Counted from the stretch's first letter, positions 37,678 through 47,577 are shown. The stretch: DNA of 51,768 nt from Caldisericota bacterium (GCA_026390195.1 JAPLGK010000024.1:1-51768), one strand, 5' to 3'. Notes: generated from the sequence alone by a model not told the origin. Translations and numbers: made by a program.

Positions 37678-38418
37678 ATGCCCAGACGACAGGTTGCTCG
37701 CAGGTGTGGCATATATGACGAAATGCAGACCTTCTGTCCGGAGGCCGCAGGGACGTTGCATGTCCTCGGGGCCGACGAGATGGAGGCATTGCGCCTTAGC
37801 GACCTGATTGGCCTGGACCAGACAGAAGCTGCGTTCCGCATGGACATCTCCCAGAGCACGTTCCAACGTATCCTTGCGGGCGCTCGACGCAAAGTTGCAG
37901 CAGCACTCGTCCGCGGCTATCCGCTGACGGTTGCAAGAGCGTGGGACGAGGACGTGAACGCCATACCAGTCCACAGACAGCAGGAAGAGAAAACAGGAGG
38001 TACCAGGATGATTACACGAATCGCACTACCGACCGACGATGGCACGACACTATGTCAGCACTTCGGCCGCGCCCACTACTACAAAGTTGTGGAGATCACT
38101 GATGGCAAGGTTGTCTCAACAGAATTGCGTGACAAGTTTGCGCATGTCCATGGAGAGGAGCATCATGGCGAGTCCGATGCAAGCCACGAAGAGGTCCACG
38201 GCCGGATGGCCGACGCGGCGCATGGCTGTGACATCATCATCGCGGGTGGAATGGGAATGGGTGCCATGAATGCACTGACCGCTGCCGGCTACAAGGTGAT
38301 GCAGACGGACATGAGCAAACTGGACGACATTGTGGAGGCCTGCCGCGCGGACACCTTTGTCAATCTTGCCGGACAGGTGTCCTGCCATCAGGAAGGAGAA
38401 GCCCATGGCAACTGCTGA
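37678..38418 (+). CDS. DUF134 DNA-binding domain fused to a NifB/NifX-family Fe-Mo cluster-binding domain
   Basis: MPR, EMEALRLSD..GL.Q.EAA.RMDISQSTF.RIL..AR.KVA; then IALPTDDG...HFGRA, GGMG. Confidence 0.85.
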   Translation: MPRRQVARRCGIYDEMQTFCPEAAGTLHVLGADEMEALRLSDLIGLDQTEAAFRMDISQSTFQRILAGARRKVAAALVRGYPLTVARAWDEDVNAIPVHRQQEEKTGGTRMITRIALPTDDGTTLCQHFGRAHYYKVVEITDGKVVSTELRDKFAHVHGEEHHGESDASHEEVHGRMADAAHGCDIIIAGGMGMGAMNALTAAGYKVMQTDMSKLDDIVEACRADTFVNLAGQVSCHQEGEAHGNC

Positions 38419-39256
38419 CAATGAGAGTATGACCTCTCAGGTCAACCACGTGCGGCACGTGGTTGTTGTCTCCAGTGGCAAGGGTGGCGTGGGCAGGTCC
38501 CTGGTGTCCGCTATGGCGGCAGTCGGGCTGGCACGTCGCGGACTGAACGTAGGTATCATGGATGCGGACATCACGGGGCCGTCTATCCCGCGTCTCTTCG
38601 GCATGACCGCACACCCCGAGTCTTCCACGGTCGGCATCCTCCCGCCCGAGACGGCGACCGGCATCAAGATTATTTCCATGAATCTGTTTCTGGACGACTC
38701 CGGCCAGCCGGTCATCTGGCGCGGTCCCTTGCTCACGTCCACCATCAAGCAGTTCTGGACGGACGTGGCGTGGGGAGATCTGGACGTCCTCATCGTGGAC
38801 CTGCCACCTGGGACCGCCGACGTCCCCCTGACCGCGTTTCAGTCCCTGCCGGTCGGCGGCATCCTCATGGTCACGACGCCGCAGGAGCTGGCCAGCATGA
38901 TCGTCGAGAAGGCTGCGGGACTGGCGAAGCAGATGCACAAGCCGATTCTGGGTATCGTCGAGAATATGGCGATGGCCACGTGCCCGCACTGTGGAGAGGC
39001 ATTTGAGCTGTTTGGGCCCAGCCACGCACAGGAGCTGGCAGATCGTATCAGTGCTCCGGTGCTCGCACGGCTGCCCATCGATCCCACGGTGACTGCTCTT
39101 GCCGACACGGGGCATGTGGGAGACGTGAAGATGGCAGCCTTCGCACCCGTCACCGAGGCTCTGGCGGAATATGTGGCTACGGCATCGACAGCCTCTGCCA
39201 CACCGAACTCAGCCCCAGCGCCCCAGGCGTCGCGTTCCTGTAACGACAGGAACTGA
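38405..39256 (+). CDS. mrp: Mrp/NBP35 (ApbC) Fe-S carrier ATPase
   Basis: SGKGGVGRS, DADITGPSIP, WRGP, DLPPGTAD, VTTPQ, VENM..CPHCG. Confidence 0.9.
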   Translation: MATADNESMTSQVNHVRHVVVVSSGKGGVGRSLVSAMAAVGLARRGLNVGIMDADITGPSIPRLFGMTAHPESSTVGILPPETATGIKIISMNLFLDDSGQPVIWRGPLLTSTIKQFWTDVAWGDLDVLIVDLPPGTADVPLTAFQSLPVGGILMVTTPQELASMIVEKAAGLAKQMHKPILGIVENMAMATCPHCGEAFELFGPSHAQELADRISAPVLARLPIDPTVTALADTGHVGDVKMAAFAPVTEALAEYVATASTASATPNSAPAPQASRSCNDRN

Positions 39257-39450
39257 AATCAGCCGGATGTCATCTGATCAATCGACAGCGAAGCCCTGTC
39301 GCAGTTCTTGAGTCAGATCCCCAGGTTCATCGCCTGGGGATTTCTTTGTTTCCGCAGGCGCGTCGTCGGTCAATGTGCTGCTCTGGCAGGCCAGACGGAA
39401 TGTGGCTAGACTTGTTGATGTAGATCTGTTCTGTGTGACGAGGAGGTTCG

Positions 39451-39900
39451 ATGAGCGGCGAAATCGTGCGTATCGGGATGATCATGTGCAACAGGTACCA
39501 TACCTGCGCGGCCGGCAAATGTCTTCGCGCCTTGAGGAACCGCGAGGGCGCGTTCAGCATCTACGCGGGGAAGGAGGTGGAACTCGTCGGCTGTACCACA
39601 TGCGGGGGGTGTCCCGGGGGCAACATCGAGTACGCTCCCGCCGAGATGAAGAAGAACGGGGTGACGGTCATCCATCTGGCCACGGGCATGCTTGTCGGCT
39701 ACCCACCGTGCGCGAGGATCCACTATTTCCGACGGTTCATCCAGGAGCAATATGGCATCCCTGTCGTCGTCGGAACCCACCCCATTCCTCAGAAGTACTT
39801 CAAGATTCACGAGGCGCTGGGTTCCTGGAAAAGCCCGCTATGGCGGGAGCTCATCCAGCCGACGCTTGCTACCGAGGAGATCCGGCTGGCATACGACTAG
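39451..39900 (+). CDS. CGGC-domain protein
   Basis: C....C...KC.RA, TTCGGCPG, HLAT, VVVGTH. Confidence 0.85.
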   Translation: MSGEIVRIGMIMCNRYHTCAAGKCLRALRNREGAFSIYAGKEVELVGCTTCGGCPGGNIEYAPAEMKKNGVTVIHLATGMLVGYPPCARIHYFRRFIQEQYGIPVVVGTHPIPQKYFKIHEALGSWKSPLWRELIQPTLATEEIRLAYD

Positions 39901-42335
39901 GCGTTTGCGGTGCCGTCCGGCAGGATGATGGAGAACATGCTCCCCATACCGATCTTGCTGGTGACGGCGACATGGCCGTGCATGGCTTCCACTGCCTTGC
40001 GGACGATCGCCAGGCCGAGGCCGCTCCCTCCCGACTCGCGGCTGCGGCTGGGGTCGATGCGGGTGAAGCGGTCCCAAATGTGGGGCAGTGCCTCGGGCGG
40101 CATGCCGGGCCCCTGGTCGGTGACGGCGATGGTCACCGTACGTCCGGTTTGCTGAACAGTAATGGCGACTGCTGTTCCTTCGGGTGCATAACGGACGGCG
40201 TTCTCGACCAGGTTGTCCAGCGCGACAGTCAGCAGGTCGCGATTGGCGGCAATGGTCAGGGCCTCGGACGGCGCCTGCAAGGTCAGTCCCTTTGTGGCCA
40301 GCTGATCAGCAAACGCTGTGTGCAGGTCCCCCCAGATGTCCAGCAGCTGGACGGGCACAAGTGGAGCATGCTGCTCGCGGTCGAGACGTGCCAGTAGGAG
40401 CAGCGACTCTGAGAGGTGTGTGGAGCGCTCTGCCTGCGATGCGATGGCCGTCAGATGTCTTCGGAATTCGTCGGGCTGCTGGTCCTGGTTGAGGGCGACC
40501 TGCGCGTTGAGGCGGATGGAACTGAGTGGTGTCCGCAGTTCGTGCCCGGCATCCCCCGTAAATTGTTCCAGCCGCCGCATCGACGCGGCGACCGGGTGCA
40601 GGGCCAGGCGTGCCGAGACGACTCCCGCCAAAGCGATGAACAACAGGACGAGCGGGGCAGCCCAGGCTGCGGCCGTCCACAACTCACGCATGTCCTGCAT
40701 CACCTGGCGGAAGGTCGTTGCGAGCGCGAACGAGTACAGCGTTCCATCTTTCAGCGTGTCGCTGACGTTGATGACGCGCACCGGAAGCTTCTGGTTCGGG
40801 GCCAGCGAGTAGTCCCAGTGATTGACGACCATGCGAGTCACGGGGATGGCCCCTGCAAGAGGCAGCTCGAAGCCAGACCAGCCGACATAGAAAACCTCAC
40901 GACCGGATTGGATCCGCAAGACTGCGCCGTTCTGCATGACAGGAAGTCCTTCGAGGAGAGAAGGGGCCCTCGCCTGCAGGTCTGCCGAGGTGATGGTCCT
41001 CAGTTGTCCCCGCAGGGCAGCCGCATCTGTCTGCAGCTGCTGGTCGAGTCGGCTGAGCGAGACCTCGTGGTAGACGACACTTATCAGACCAGCGGCCGGC
41101 GCCAGGGTGAGAACGACGACCAGCATCGTCAGCAGCGCCTGGCGCAAGACGGCAGCATGCACAGTCTCATCGGGCGTACGAGACTCGCATATCTCTCGAT
41201 GCTGGCGATGGGTCGAATACCCGATGGCGAACAGGATCATGAGCATCGCTGGGACCACCAGGGAGAGAATCCATCGCAGGCGGCGCATCTGCCAATAGTC
41301 CGGCTCCCCAGTGCCCAGTTCGAATGTCATGTCGCCCGCGCCGTCCGAGGTAACATAGAGCCTTCGGACTGCCCCCCCTGCCACTGGGGCAAGGCTCATC
41401 CATCGTGAGATGTCTGCCGAGCCCAGCACTGAGGCAGACCCGTAATCTGTTCCGAGCAGGAGCACTTCCTTGCCACTGGACATCAGACGGATGAAGCCGC
41501 CGGGGCTGGACAGGTCCAGCGACTGATGGAACGCATACGCCGTGTTGGTGGCCCACTGGTCACTGTCCTGCGTGTCATTGAGCTGGAGGACGGCTGTCAC
41601 CAGTCCATCCTGGATGCGGGCAAACGCGGTGCGTGCGTCGGCGAGAGTGTGCGCGGCGAGCAGCCACACGACAGGCGTCATGACGAGTATGCCCACCATC
41701 ATCCAGAGGCAGCCGTACCATGCGGCCCCATGCTGCGCGCCGGTCTGCCGCCTCGTACCTGCTGGCAAGAACAGGAACGTAACGCACAGCGCCGCAAGGC
41801 CTACACACACCCACATGGCGGTCATGAACGCCACGGAGGCCCTGACCTGAGCGGCGGTGGGACCTGCGCTGCCGATGATGAGTTCCCCCCAAATCTTGCC
41901 CATACCAGTATTCGCATACAGCACGTAGATAGGCCTGGCTTGGCCCGGAGTGCCGACGGGGGCCAGCGACAAGCGGTCCTGCCAGATGCCGGCGCTGGCA
42001 GACCGTTCGTCTCCGGTGACGCCGTAGTCGGTGCCTGCCAGCACGTCGATATGCATACTGACGATGTGCACGCGGATGAACCCATATGTTCCAAGCAACG
42101 GGAGCTGATCCTGCAGCGCACTGCGGATTGTTCCCGCCGTGACATACGTGCCCATGGCCGCGATGCGCTCCCCGATCGTCGCGTTCACCTCGGCCGTTGT
42201 GATCTCCTGGCTGTCGGGGTCCGCCGCTCCCGGCGTGGACCGCCGCATGAAGCTCCCGCATACGCCTGCCGCGATGAGCACTAGTACCGTCGCCGCGATG
42301 AGAACGCCGCGCCTTTGAGTCAGACTAGTGTTCAT
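39897..42335 (-). CDS. Sensor histidine kinase with multi-TM repeated sensor region
   Basis: H-box DAGHELRTPL, NLVENAVRY, DQGPG, RFTR, GSGLGLAI. Confidence 0.9.
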   Translation of the reverse strand: MNTSLTQRRGVLIAATVLVLIAAGVCGSFMRRSTPGAADPDSQEITTAEVNATIGERIAAMGTYVTAGTIRSALQDQLPLLGTYGFIRVHIVSMHIDVLAGTDYGVTGDERSASAGIWQDRLSLAPVGTPGQARPIYVLYANTGMGKIWGELIIGSAGPTAAQVRASVAFMTAMWVCVGLAALCVTFLFLPAGTRRQTGAQHGAAWYGCLWMMVGILVMTPVVWLLAAHTLADARTAFARIQDGLVTAVLQLNDTQDSDQWATNTAYAFHQSLDLSSPGGFIRLMSSGKEVLLLGTDYGSASVLGSADISRWMSLAPVAGGAVRRLYVTSDGAGDMTFELGTGEPDYWQMRRLRWILSLVVPAMLMILFAIGYSTHRQHREICESRTPDETVHAAVLRQALLTMLVVVLTLAPAAGLISVVYHEVSLSRLDQQLQTDAAALRGQLRTITSADLQARAPSLLEGLPVMQNGAVLRIQSGREVFYVGWSGFELPLAGAIPVTRMVVNHWDYSLAPNQKLPVRVINVSDTLKDGTLYSFALATTFRQVMQDMRELWTAAAWAAPLVLLFIALAGVVSARLALHPVAASMRRLEQFTGDAGHELRTPLSSIRLNAQVALNQDQQPDEFRRHLTAIASQAERSTHLSESLLLLARLDREQHAPLVPVQLLDIWGDLHTAFADQLATKGLTLQAPSEALTIAANRDLLTVALDNLVENAVRYAPEGTAVAITVQQTGRTVTIAVTDQGPGMPPEALPHIWDRFTRIDPSRSRESGGSGLGLAIVRKAVEAMHGHVAVTSKIGMGSMFSIILPDGTANA

Positions 42336-43038
42336 GCTGGTCTCCTTTGTCAGAAGGAGCGACGATGCCGTAGCCCAGTCCTCGCACGGTCGTGATGAGT
42401 GGATGCTCCGGGTCGGTGTCCAGCTTGGCACGCAGATAACGGACATGCGTGCGCAGTGTGTCCGACCACAGCGATGCTTTGGCGTCCCACAAGTGATCTT
42501 CCAGTTCCTCGCGTGGCACGATACGGTCCTGGTTGCGCAGCAGGTACTCGAGAAGCTGCTCTTCCTTCGTGGCCAATAGTACAGTGCTTCCGTGCAGGCG
42601 GCAGGCATGGGTCACCGTATCTAGTTCTACTGCTCCTGCCCGAAGGATGGATGTTTTTGGGCTTCTGTCCCGGCGCAGGAGCGCGCGCACCCGTGCCAGC
42701 AGTTCGGCGAGGTCAAACGGTTTGGTCAGATAGTCGTCGGCGCCCGCGTCCAGGCCGGTGACCTTGTCGTTCGTCAGATCCCGAGCCGTCAGTACCAGCA
42801 CGGGCATGGCGTATCCTTCGGACCGAATAGTCCTGAGGAACGTGAGGCCGTCCATGTGGGGCATCATCAGGTCCAGCAGGACCAGGTCGTACGCCCGCTC
42901 GATGTGAACCCTGCTGAGTGCGTCGCGGCCGTCCAGCGCGGTATCGACCGCCAGCCGTTCGTGTGTCAGTGCGTCGGAAAGCGCGGACAGCATCGCTGGT
43001 TCGTCTTCTACCACCAGTACTCTCATCGTCGCTCTCAT
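42325..43038 (-). CDS. OmpR-family response regulator
   Basis: LVVEDE, LLDLMMP.MDG, GADDYLTKPF, TVRGLGY (alternative start 43026). Confidence 0.95.
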   Translation of the reverse strand: MRATMRVLVVEDEPAMLSALSDALTHERLAVDTALDGRDALSRVHIERAYDLVLLDLMMPHMDGLTFLRTIRSEGYAMPVLVLTARDLTNDKVTGLDAGADDYLTKPFDLAELLARVRALLRRDRSPKTSILRAGAVELDTVTHACRLHGSTVLLATKEEQLLEYLLRNQDRIVPREELEDHLWDAKASLWSDTLRTHVRYLRAKLDTDPEHPLITTVRGLGYGIVAPSDKGDQHEH

Positions 43039-43076
43039 CCTTTCTCCAAATGTCGCAAGTCTCCCTGCGCACGTCG

Positions 43077-43109
43077 ATGATAACAGCATAGCGTTAAGCT
43101 AGCGTTAAG
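43077..43109 (-). promoter_or_regulatory. OmpR-type direct-repeat site plus extended -10
   Basis: Minus strand CTTAACGCTA-G-CTTAACGCTA then TG-T-TATCAT. Confidence 0.6.
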
Positions 43110-43252
43110 TGGAGACGTGTCAGTTGCGCTTCTGCGACATGGGCGCAGAATACTCGCATGGAGAACATGGGGACTCGGGACCGAGGAAGACTCGGCTGTG
43201 ACAACTGGAATGTGAAGACCATTGTGCCTGGCACAATGAGGATTCACAATTC

Positions 43253-43969
43253 ATGGGCATGAGGAAACCGGACGGGGAACAGCGCACGAGTCCCGTCACC
43301 GGCGCGTATGTGCTGGTGCGGTCGCGTCGCCGGACCATCGGACTGGAGGTACGACCGGACGCGACCATTCTGGTGCGTGCGCCAGTACGCACGCCGGTGT
43401 GGTACGTGGAATCTCTGCTGCGGGAGAAAGCAGGCTGGATAGAGGACAAGCTCACGAAGGCGCGCAGCCACGTGTCCTTGCTGCCACGACACGACTTCCT
43501 GACAGGCGAGCGTTTCCGGTATCTTGGGCGAGAATGGCCGTTCGTGGTTGTCGCATTCCAAGAAACGGCACTGACCTTCGACGAGAAGACAGGGTTCAGC
43601 CTGGACATGGCGGCGTTCGACCGCGGAGAAGTGGTCTTCGAGGAGTGGTACCGCGCCCAGGCACGTGAACTTCTTGCTGAGCGCGTCCATCACTACGCGC
43701 CCTTGGTCGGCGTGAGCGTCCCCCGCCTGCGCATCACGGGCGCCAAACGGCGCTGGGGCTCGTGCAGTACCAGCGGCACCGTCGGCTTCGCCTGGCGCCT
43801 CATCATGGCTCCGATGGATGTGGTCGACTATGTGGTCGTGCACGAGCTGGCGCACCTGCGCGAGATGAACCACTCGAGCAGGTTCTGGGAGGTCGTCGCG
43901 GGCGTCATCCCCGACCATAGCACGCGCAGGCGCTGGCTGAAGGACCATGGGGGGATGTTGACGATCTGA
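43253..43969 (+). CDS. YgjP/DUF45 (SprT/M48-like) metal-dependent hydrolase
   Basis: RSRRRTIGL, RWGSCS, DYVVVHELAHL.EMNHS..FW. Confidence 0.9.
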   Translation: MGMRKPDGEQRTSPVTGAYVLVRSRRRTIGLEVRPDATILVRAPVRTPVWYVESLLREKAGWIEDKLTKARSHVSLLPRHDFLTGERFRYLGREWPFVVVAFQETALTFDEKTGFSLDMAAFDRGEVVFEEWYRAQARELLAERVHHYAPLVGVSVPRLRITGAKRRWGSCSTSGTVGFAWRLIMAPMDVVDYVVVHELAHLREMNHSSRFWEVVAGVIPDHSTRRRWLKDHGGMLTI

Positions 43970-44099
43970 GGAGACTTCGTGAAGAGGGCCCTGCCGCGCA
44001 GACGGCATGGAGTCCCGACTTCGCTGCCACCGTGGAAAGCCTAGGGTTGATTCTCGTGTGCACGGAGATGCCCCGGCTTGCCCCGGGGCTTCTTCATTT

Positions 44100-44918
44100 C
44101 TAGCGGTGCAGGACCCACCAGACGTCACGCCCGGTGAACCCGCACCTGCGGAAGAGGTGGTCGGGTTCGCAGGGGTTCTTCACCTGACCGGCAACCGTCG
44201 TGAACGCGACCTTGTGTTCCAGGCGATAGACAAGCTCCTGGACGAGCATGGTGCCGAGTCCGAGACTGCGGAACACAGGCAGGACCTGAACCCACTCGAG
44301 GGACCCTTCTCCAGTGAGCTTGTCGGTCTCACCGATGCCAAGAGCGACAGGGCGGTTCTCCTTGCGGTCGATGACCCACAGCCAGGCGCGCGGGTCGAAG
44401 ACCGGACGCTTCGTCCACGTCGCGATCTCGTCCGTGCCCGGCGTAGGAGTGTCGTAGCAGGCATGCAGGATGGTTGCAACGAGTGGGAGTTCAGTTGTGG
44501 TGTCGACCTCGCGGATGGCGTAGCCGTGGACCGTGGCACGCAGTGGCAGCTCGTTGCCAGCATGGAGCAGGCGGAAGAAGGCCTCCTTGCGGTCAAACCA
44601 TGGGGCAAGTGGAGCCACAAAGTCGTTGTGGACGTACACGGTGGAGACGCCATCCAGCTTGACCGATGCAGCCTTCAGGGGATCCTGCGTCCGTGTGCCG
44701 TAGATGAGCAGCTTCCCGGGCTCTCGCAGTTCGACGCCCGTCACCGAGCCGGCGTCATCAATGAACCGGCACTCGAGGGACTGCAGGCGCGCGACGGTCT
44801 TCCACAGTGCATTTGGCAGAATGCGTGACGGATCCTTGCGGTAGAGGGCGCGAAGTGCCGCCTCGTCGGATGACGTGTCTCTGCGAGGAGCTATGACTGC
44901 TGCTTTTCGTCGGGACAT
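44100..44918 (-). CDS. GNAT acetyltransferase
   Basis: EGSLEWVQVLPVFRSLGLG, LFRRCGF; apparently leaderless. Confidence 0.75.
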   Translation of the reverse strand: MSRRKAAVIAPRRDTSSDEAALRALYRKDPSRILPNALWKTVARLQSLECRFIDDAGSVTGVELREPGKLLIYGTRTQDPLKAASVKLDGVSTVYVHNDFVAPLAPWFDRKEAFFRLLHAGNELPLRATVHGYAIREVDTTTELPLVATILHACYDTPTPGTDEIATWTKRPVFDPRAWLWVIDRKENRPVALGIGETDKLTGEGSLEWVQVLPVFRSLGLGTMLVQELVYRLEHKVAFTTVAGQVKNPCEPDHLFRRCGFTGRDVWWVLHR

Positions 44919-44968
44919 AGGGGCAGGATAGCGCCCCTGCGGCCCACGTCAACCGTCAGAACGCGGCG

Positions 44969-45454
44969 TCAGCTGTTCAGCAGGTCCTTGGCCCAACGGA
45001 CCAGGTCGGCAGAACACTGCTCCTTGTCCATCTTGAGCGGTAGCTTGAAACCGATGTGTCCGACAACCTTGGCTCCCGGCACCAGCGAAGTCAGGATCCG
45101 GTGGGTCTTCACGTCACTACCGCCGTAGCTGGTGAAGAAAGCAACTCTCTTTCCCTTGAGGTCGGCGCCCTTCAGGAACGTGCGCACGGCCGGGGTTGGG
45201 TGGCTGTTCCACACGGGTGTCCCGACGAATAGCAGGTCATAGTGCGCGGCGTCATGGGCAAGCGGACGGAGTGGGGGTGTGGCGCCGGTGGCCGCCAGGA
45301 ACCCACCCTTGAAGTACTTCATGAACCCGTGTGTCGGGTGCGGCTTGACCAGCTCCAGCTCCATGGTGTCGAGCTGCAGCTCCTTGGCAAGCGACCGGGC
45401 CAAGCATCGGATGTCGCCGTCCAGCGAATAGAACACGACCAGTGCATTGGGCAT
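44969..45454 (-). CDS. Flavodoxin-family protein
   Basis: VVFYSLDG, YDLLFVGTPVW, GKRVAFFTSYGG. Confidence 0.85.
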   Translation of the reverse strand: MPNALVVFYSLDGDIRCLARSLAKELQLDTMELELVKPHPTHGFMKYFKGGFLAATGATPPLRPLAHDAAHYDLLFVGTPVWNSHPTPAVRTFLKGADLKGKRVAFFTSYGGSDVKTHRILTSLVPGAKVVGHIGFKLPLKMDKEQCSADLVRWAKDLLNS

Positions 45455-45592
45455 TGTGTGCCTCCCTTTCACGCCAGACTAGTCCTGCATACTGATGTGT
45501 CAAGTGAAGGCTTCTTCGCAAGAGGCTGGCCGACCCTGGAACGGTCGGGAGACCAGCCCAGGTGGTGCGCCGGCATGTTCTCCTGGCCGGGA

Positions 45593-46351
45593 CTATTCGT
45601 GGGGGCCGGTCGGCTTTTTCCCCAGTGATGCGCAGTAGATGACAAATTGCTGCTCAGGGTTGAAGCCAAGGTAGGTGTTGAACTCGTCGTCAAGGAAGGC
45701 GTTGATCGCGCATACCCCGCAATCGATGGCCTCGGCAGCTAGGTATAGGTTCTGGCAGACATGGCCTGCGTCGAGGAACAAGCCGCGGTAGGCGCGCTGG
45801 CTGTAGCGCCAGATCATGCGGTATGGCACGGCTGTCCAGATGAAGGTGACGGCGCTCAGCGCGACCATCTTCTGGTCGGCGCACAGGTGTGTGACGTCCT
45901 GCAGCGTCTGCGTCCCGGGCCTGACGAACTGCAGCTTGTGCTCGATAGCCAGGAAGCGGTAGATACCCGGCTCCAGGCCAGTGATGGCGCGGATCATCAG
46001 ATAGGTCTCAAAGGCATGACGCGCGCCACCCGACGGCACGGTGCGGAGCGTGCAGGGGCGCGGCGTGACGGCCTTGACGCCTTGGGTGCACCAGAGCAGA
46101 TACGACAGCTCCTCCATGCTCAGTGGTTCGTCGCGGTAAAGGCGGACGCTGTGGCGGCGGTCGATGGCGGTTCGCAGGTCTACGTCGGCAATCTTCAGCG
46201 TCTTCGGGTCCGGCAGGCCGATCATGGGGATTCCGGCATCAGGAGGCAGTTCCAGCGGGGGCTGTGGCAGGCCCTTCTCCTGGTCGGACTGCTGCTCCGG
46301 CATATCCACTGCGTAACGTGTGTCGTGCAGAAACTGCTGGCCAATCCCCAT
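45593..46351 (-). CDS. SagB/ThcOx-like nitroreductase-family protein
   Basis: RRHSVR.Y, LRTVPSGGARH, DAGHVCQNLYLAA. Confidence 0.85.
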   Translation of the reverse strand: MGIGQQFLHDTRYAVDMPEQQSDQEKGLPQPPLELPPDAGIPMIGLPDPKTLKIADVDLRTAIDRRHSVRLYRDEPLSMEELSYLLWCTQGVKAVTPRPCTLRTVPSGGARHAFETYLMIRAITGLEPGIYRFLAIEHKLQFVRPGTQTLQDVTHLCADQKMVALSAVTFIWTAVPYRMIWRYSQRAYRGLFLDAGHVCQNLYLAAEAIDCGVCAINAFLDDEFNTYLGFNPEQQFVIYCASLGKKPTGPHE

Positions 46352-46505
46352 GGTTCACCTCGGCATCGTGGTATGGCCTCAGTGTAACCGCCCCCGAATC
46401 GTATGCAATCCGAACGGATACGGCGGTATGGGCGGCGTGACCATTCGTTCGCGCTCGCGTTGTTTCTGGGGAGATACAGAGCTCCGCTGGTGGAGGAAAA
46501 CAGTG

Positions 46506-46955
46506 ATGAGACACGTTGGTCGCATCCTGACAGCAGTTCTGGTCGTGTTTGTCTTGGCCGTTCTCTGGTATGCCCGCGCAGGCGAGGCCGTCGTCATGCA
46601 GTGTGTCTTTACAAATACTGCAGGCATCGTCGAGGGAACGGTCTGGGTGCGACCAGACAAGGGGCTCTTTGGTGGATCGGTCACCGCCATTGCCAGCCTC
46701 CCTCTGACGGTGCAGTCGTCTACGCCGGCACGCGGAGCGGCGATCTCACGGGACGGGGGGACCACGTGGCAGCGTCTGAACAGCGGTCTGCCCGACCTCG
46801 ACGTACGGCGTATCGTTGTGGCAGGGGGCCGCGTGTTCGCCATGACGGGCACTGCGTGGTTCGGCCCCAGACTCAGTAATTTGCGAGAACCCAGCGCTCG
46901 AAGCCGAGGGCGTCCGAGACGTGGTCCGCCCCCGACGATGCCGCATCGCCGATAA
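46506..46955 (+). pseudogene. Degraded secreted BNR/Asp-box beta-propeller gene fragment
   Basis: SD GGAGG, signal peptide, SRDGGTTW..LNSGL; the VVYAGT motif lies in a different frame; runs into the convergent HAD gene. Confidence 0.5.
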
Positions 46956-47577
46956 CATAGTCTGTCACGAGGTAGGTCTCGATACCGACCAGATGTGCTG
47001 ACATGTCTTCAGCACAATCGTTGCCCACCGCGATCGCCTGCGCGGGGTCGACCTTCATGATAGTGGCTACATGGTTCCAGTATGCCGCATTGGGCTTGCT
47101 GTAACCGCAATTCTCCATCGTGCTGACGTACTCGAACACATCTGGAGAGAATCCAGCCCAGGCCAGCCTCTTGTACGTAGCCAGCTGTGGAAAGATGGGA
47201 TTGGTCGTCAGCAGGACCCGGTATCCCTTCTGACGCAAGTACACGACGCTCCGGTAGAGGGGCTCGTTGCGTCCCACGACGTCATGGACGTTGTCGAAGG
47301 TCGTCGCGTAGAACTCCATGATGCGGTCCCAAACAGCCTGCTGGTCGACGCCCTGGTACAAGGCCTCGAACTCTCTCCTGAACTTCACCAGATTGCTGCT
47401 GCCTGGGCTCGTGTCCGCCTGCATGCGCGCCGTCGCAGCAAGGATGTTCATGGCTAGTCCCTCTGCGGGCAGGAGGCCGTGCAAGGCATGTGCGAGCTCA
47501 CCGAAATACGCGTGCATGAAGTCCTGGCTGTCCATGGCCAGCAGTGTACCGTCAAGGTCGAACAGGAAGGTCTTCAT
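46873..47577 (-). CDS. HAD-superfamily hydrolase
   Basis: FDLDGTLL, TNP, KPN, VGND..ED. Confidence 0.9.
   Translation of the reverse strand: MKTFLFDLDGTLLAMDSQDFMHAYFGELAHALHGLLPAEGLAMNILAATARMQADTSPGSSNLVKFRREFEALYQGVDQQAVWDRIMEFYATTFDNVHDVVGRNEPLYRSVVYLRQKGYRVLLTTNPIFPQLATYKRLAWAGFSPDVFEYVSTMENCGYSKPNAAYWNHVATIMKVDPAQAIAVGNDCAEDMSAHLVGIETYLVTDYVIGDAASSGADHVSDALGFERWVLANY

Noticed and set aside
43253-43969. YgjP-like gene as marker of a type I R-M/defence island
   Set aside because: No hsd or other defence genes adjacent
45593-46351. SagB-like gene as marker of a TOMM/RiPP cluster
   Set aside because: No YcaO cyclodehydratase or precursor peptide nearby; stand-alone nitroreductase-like gene
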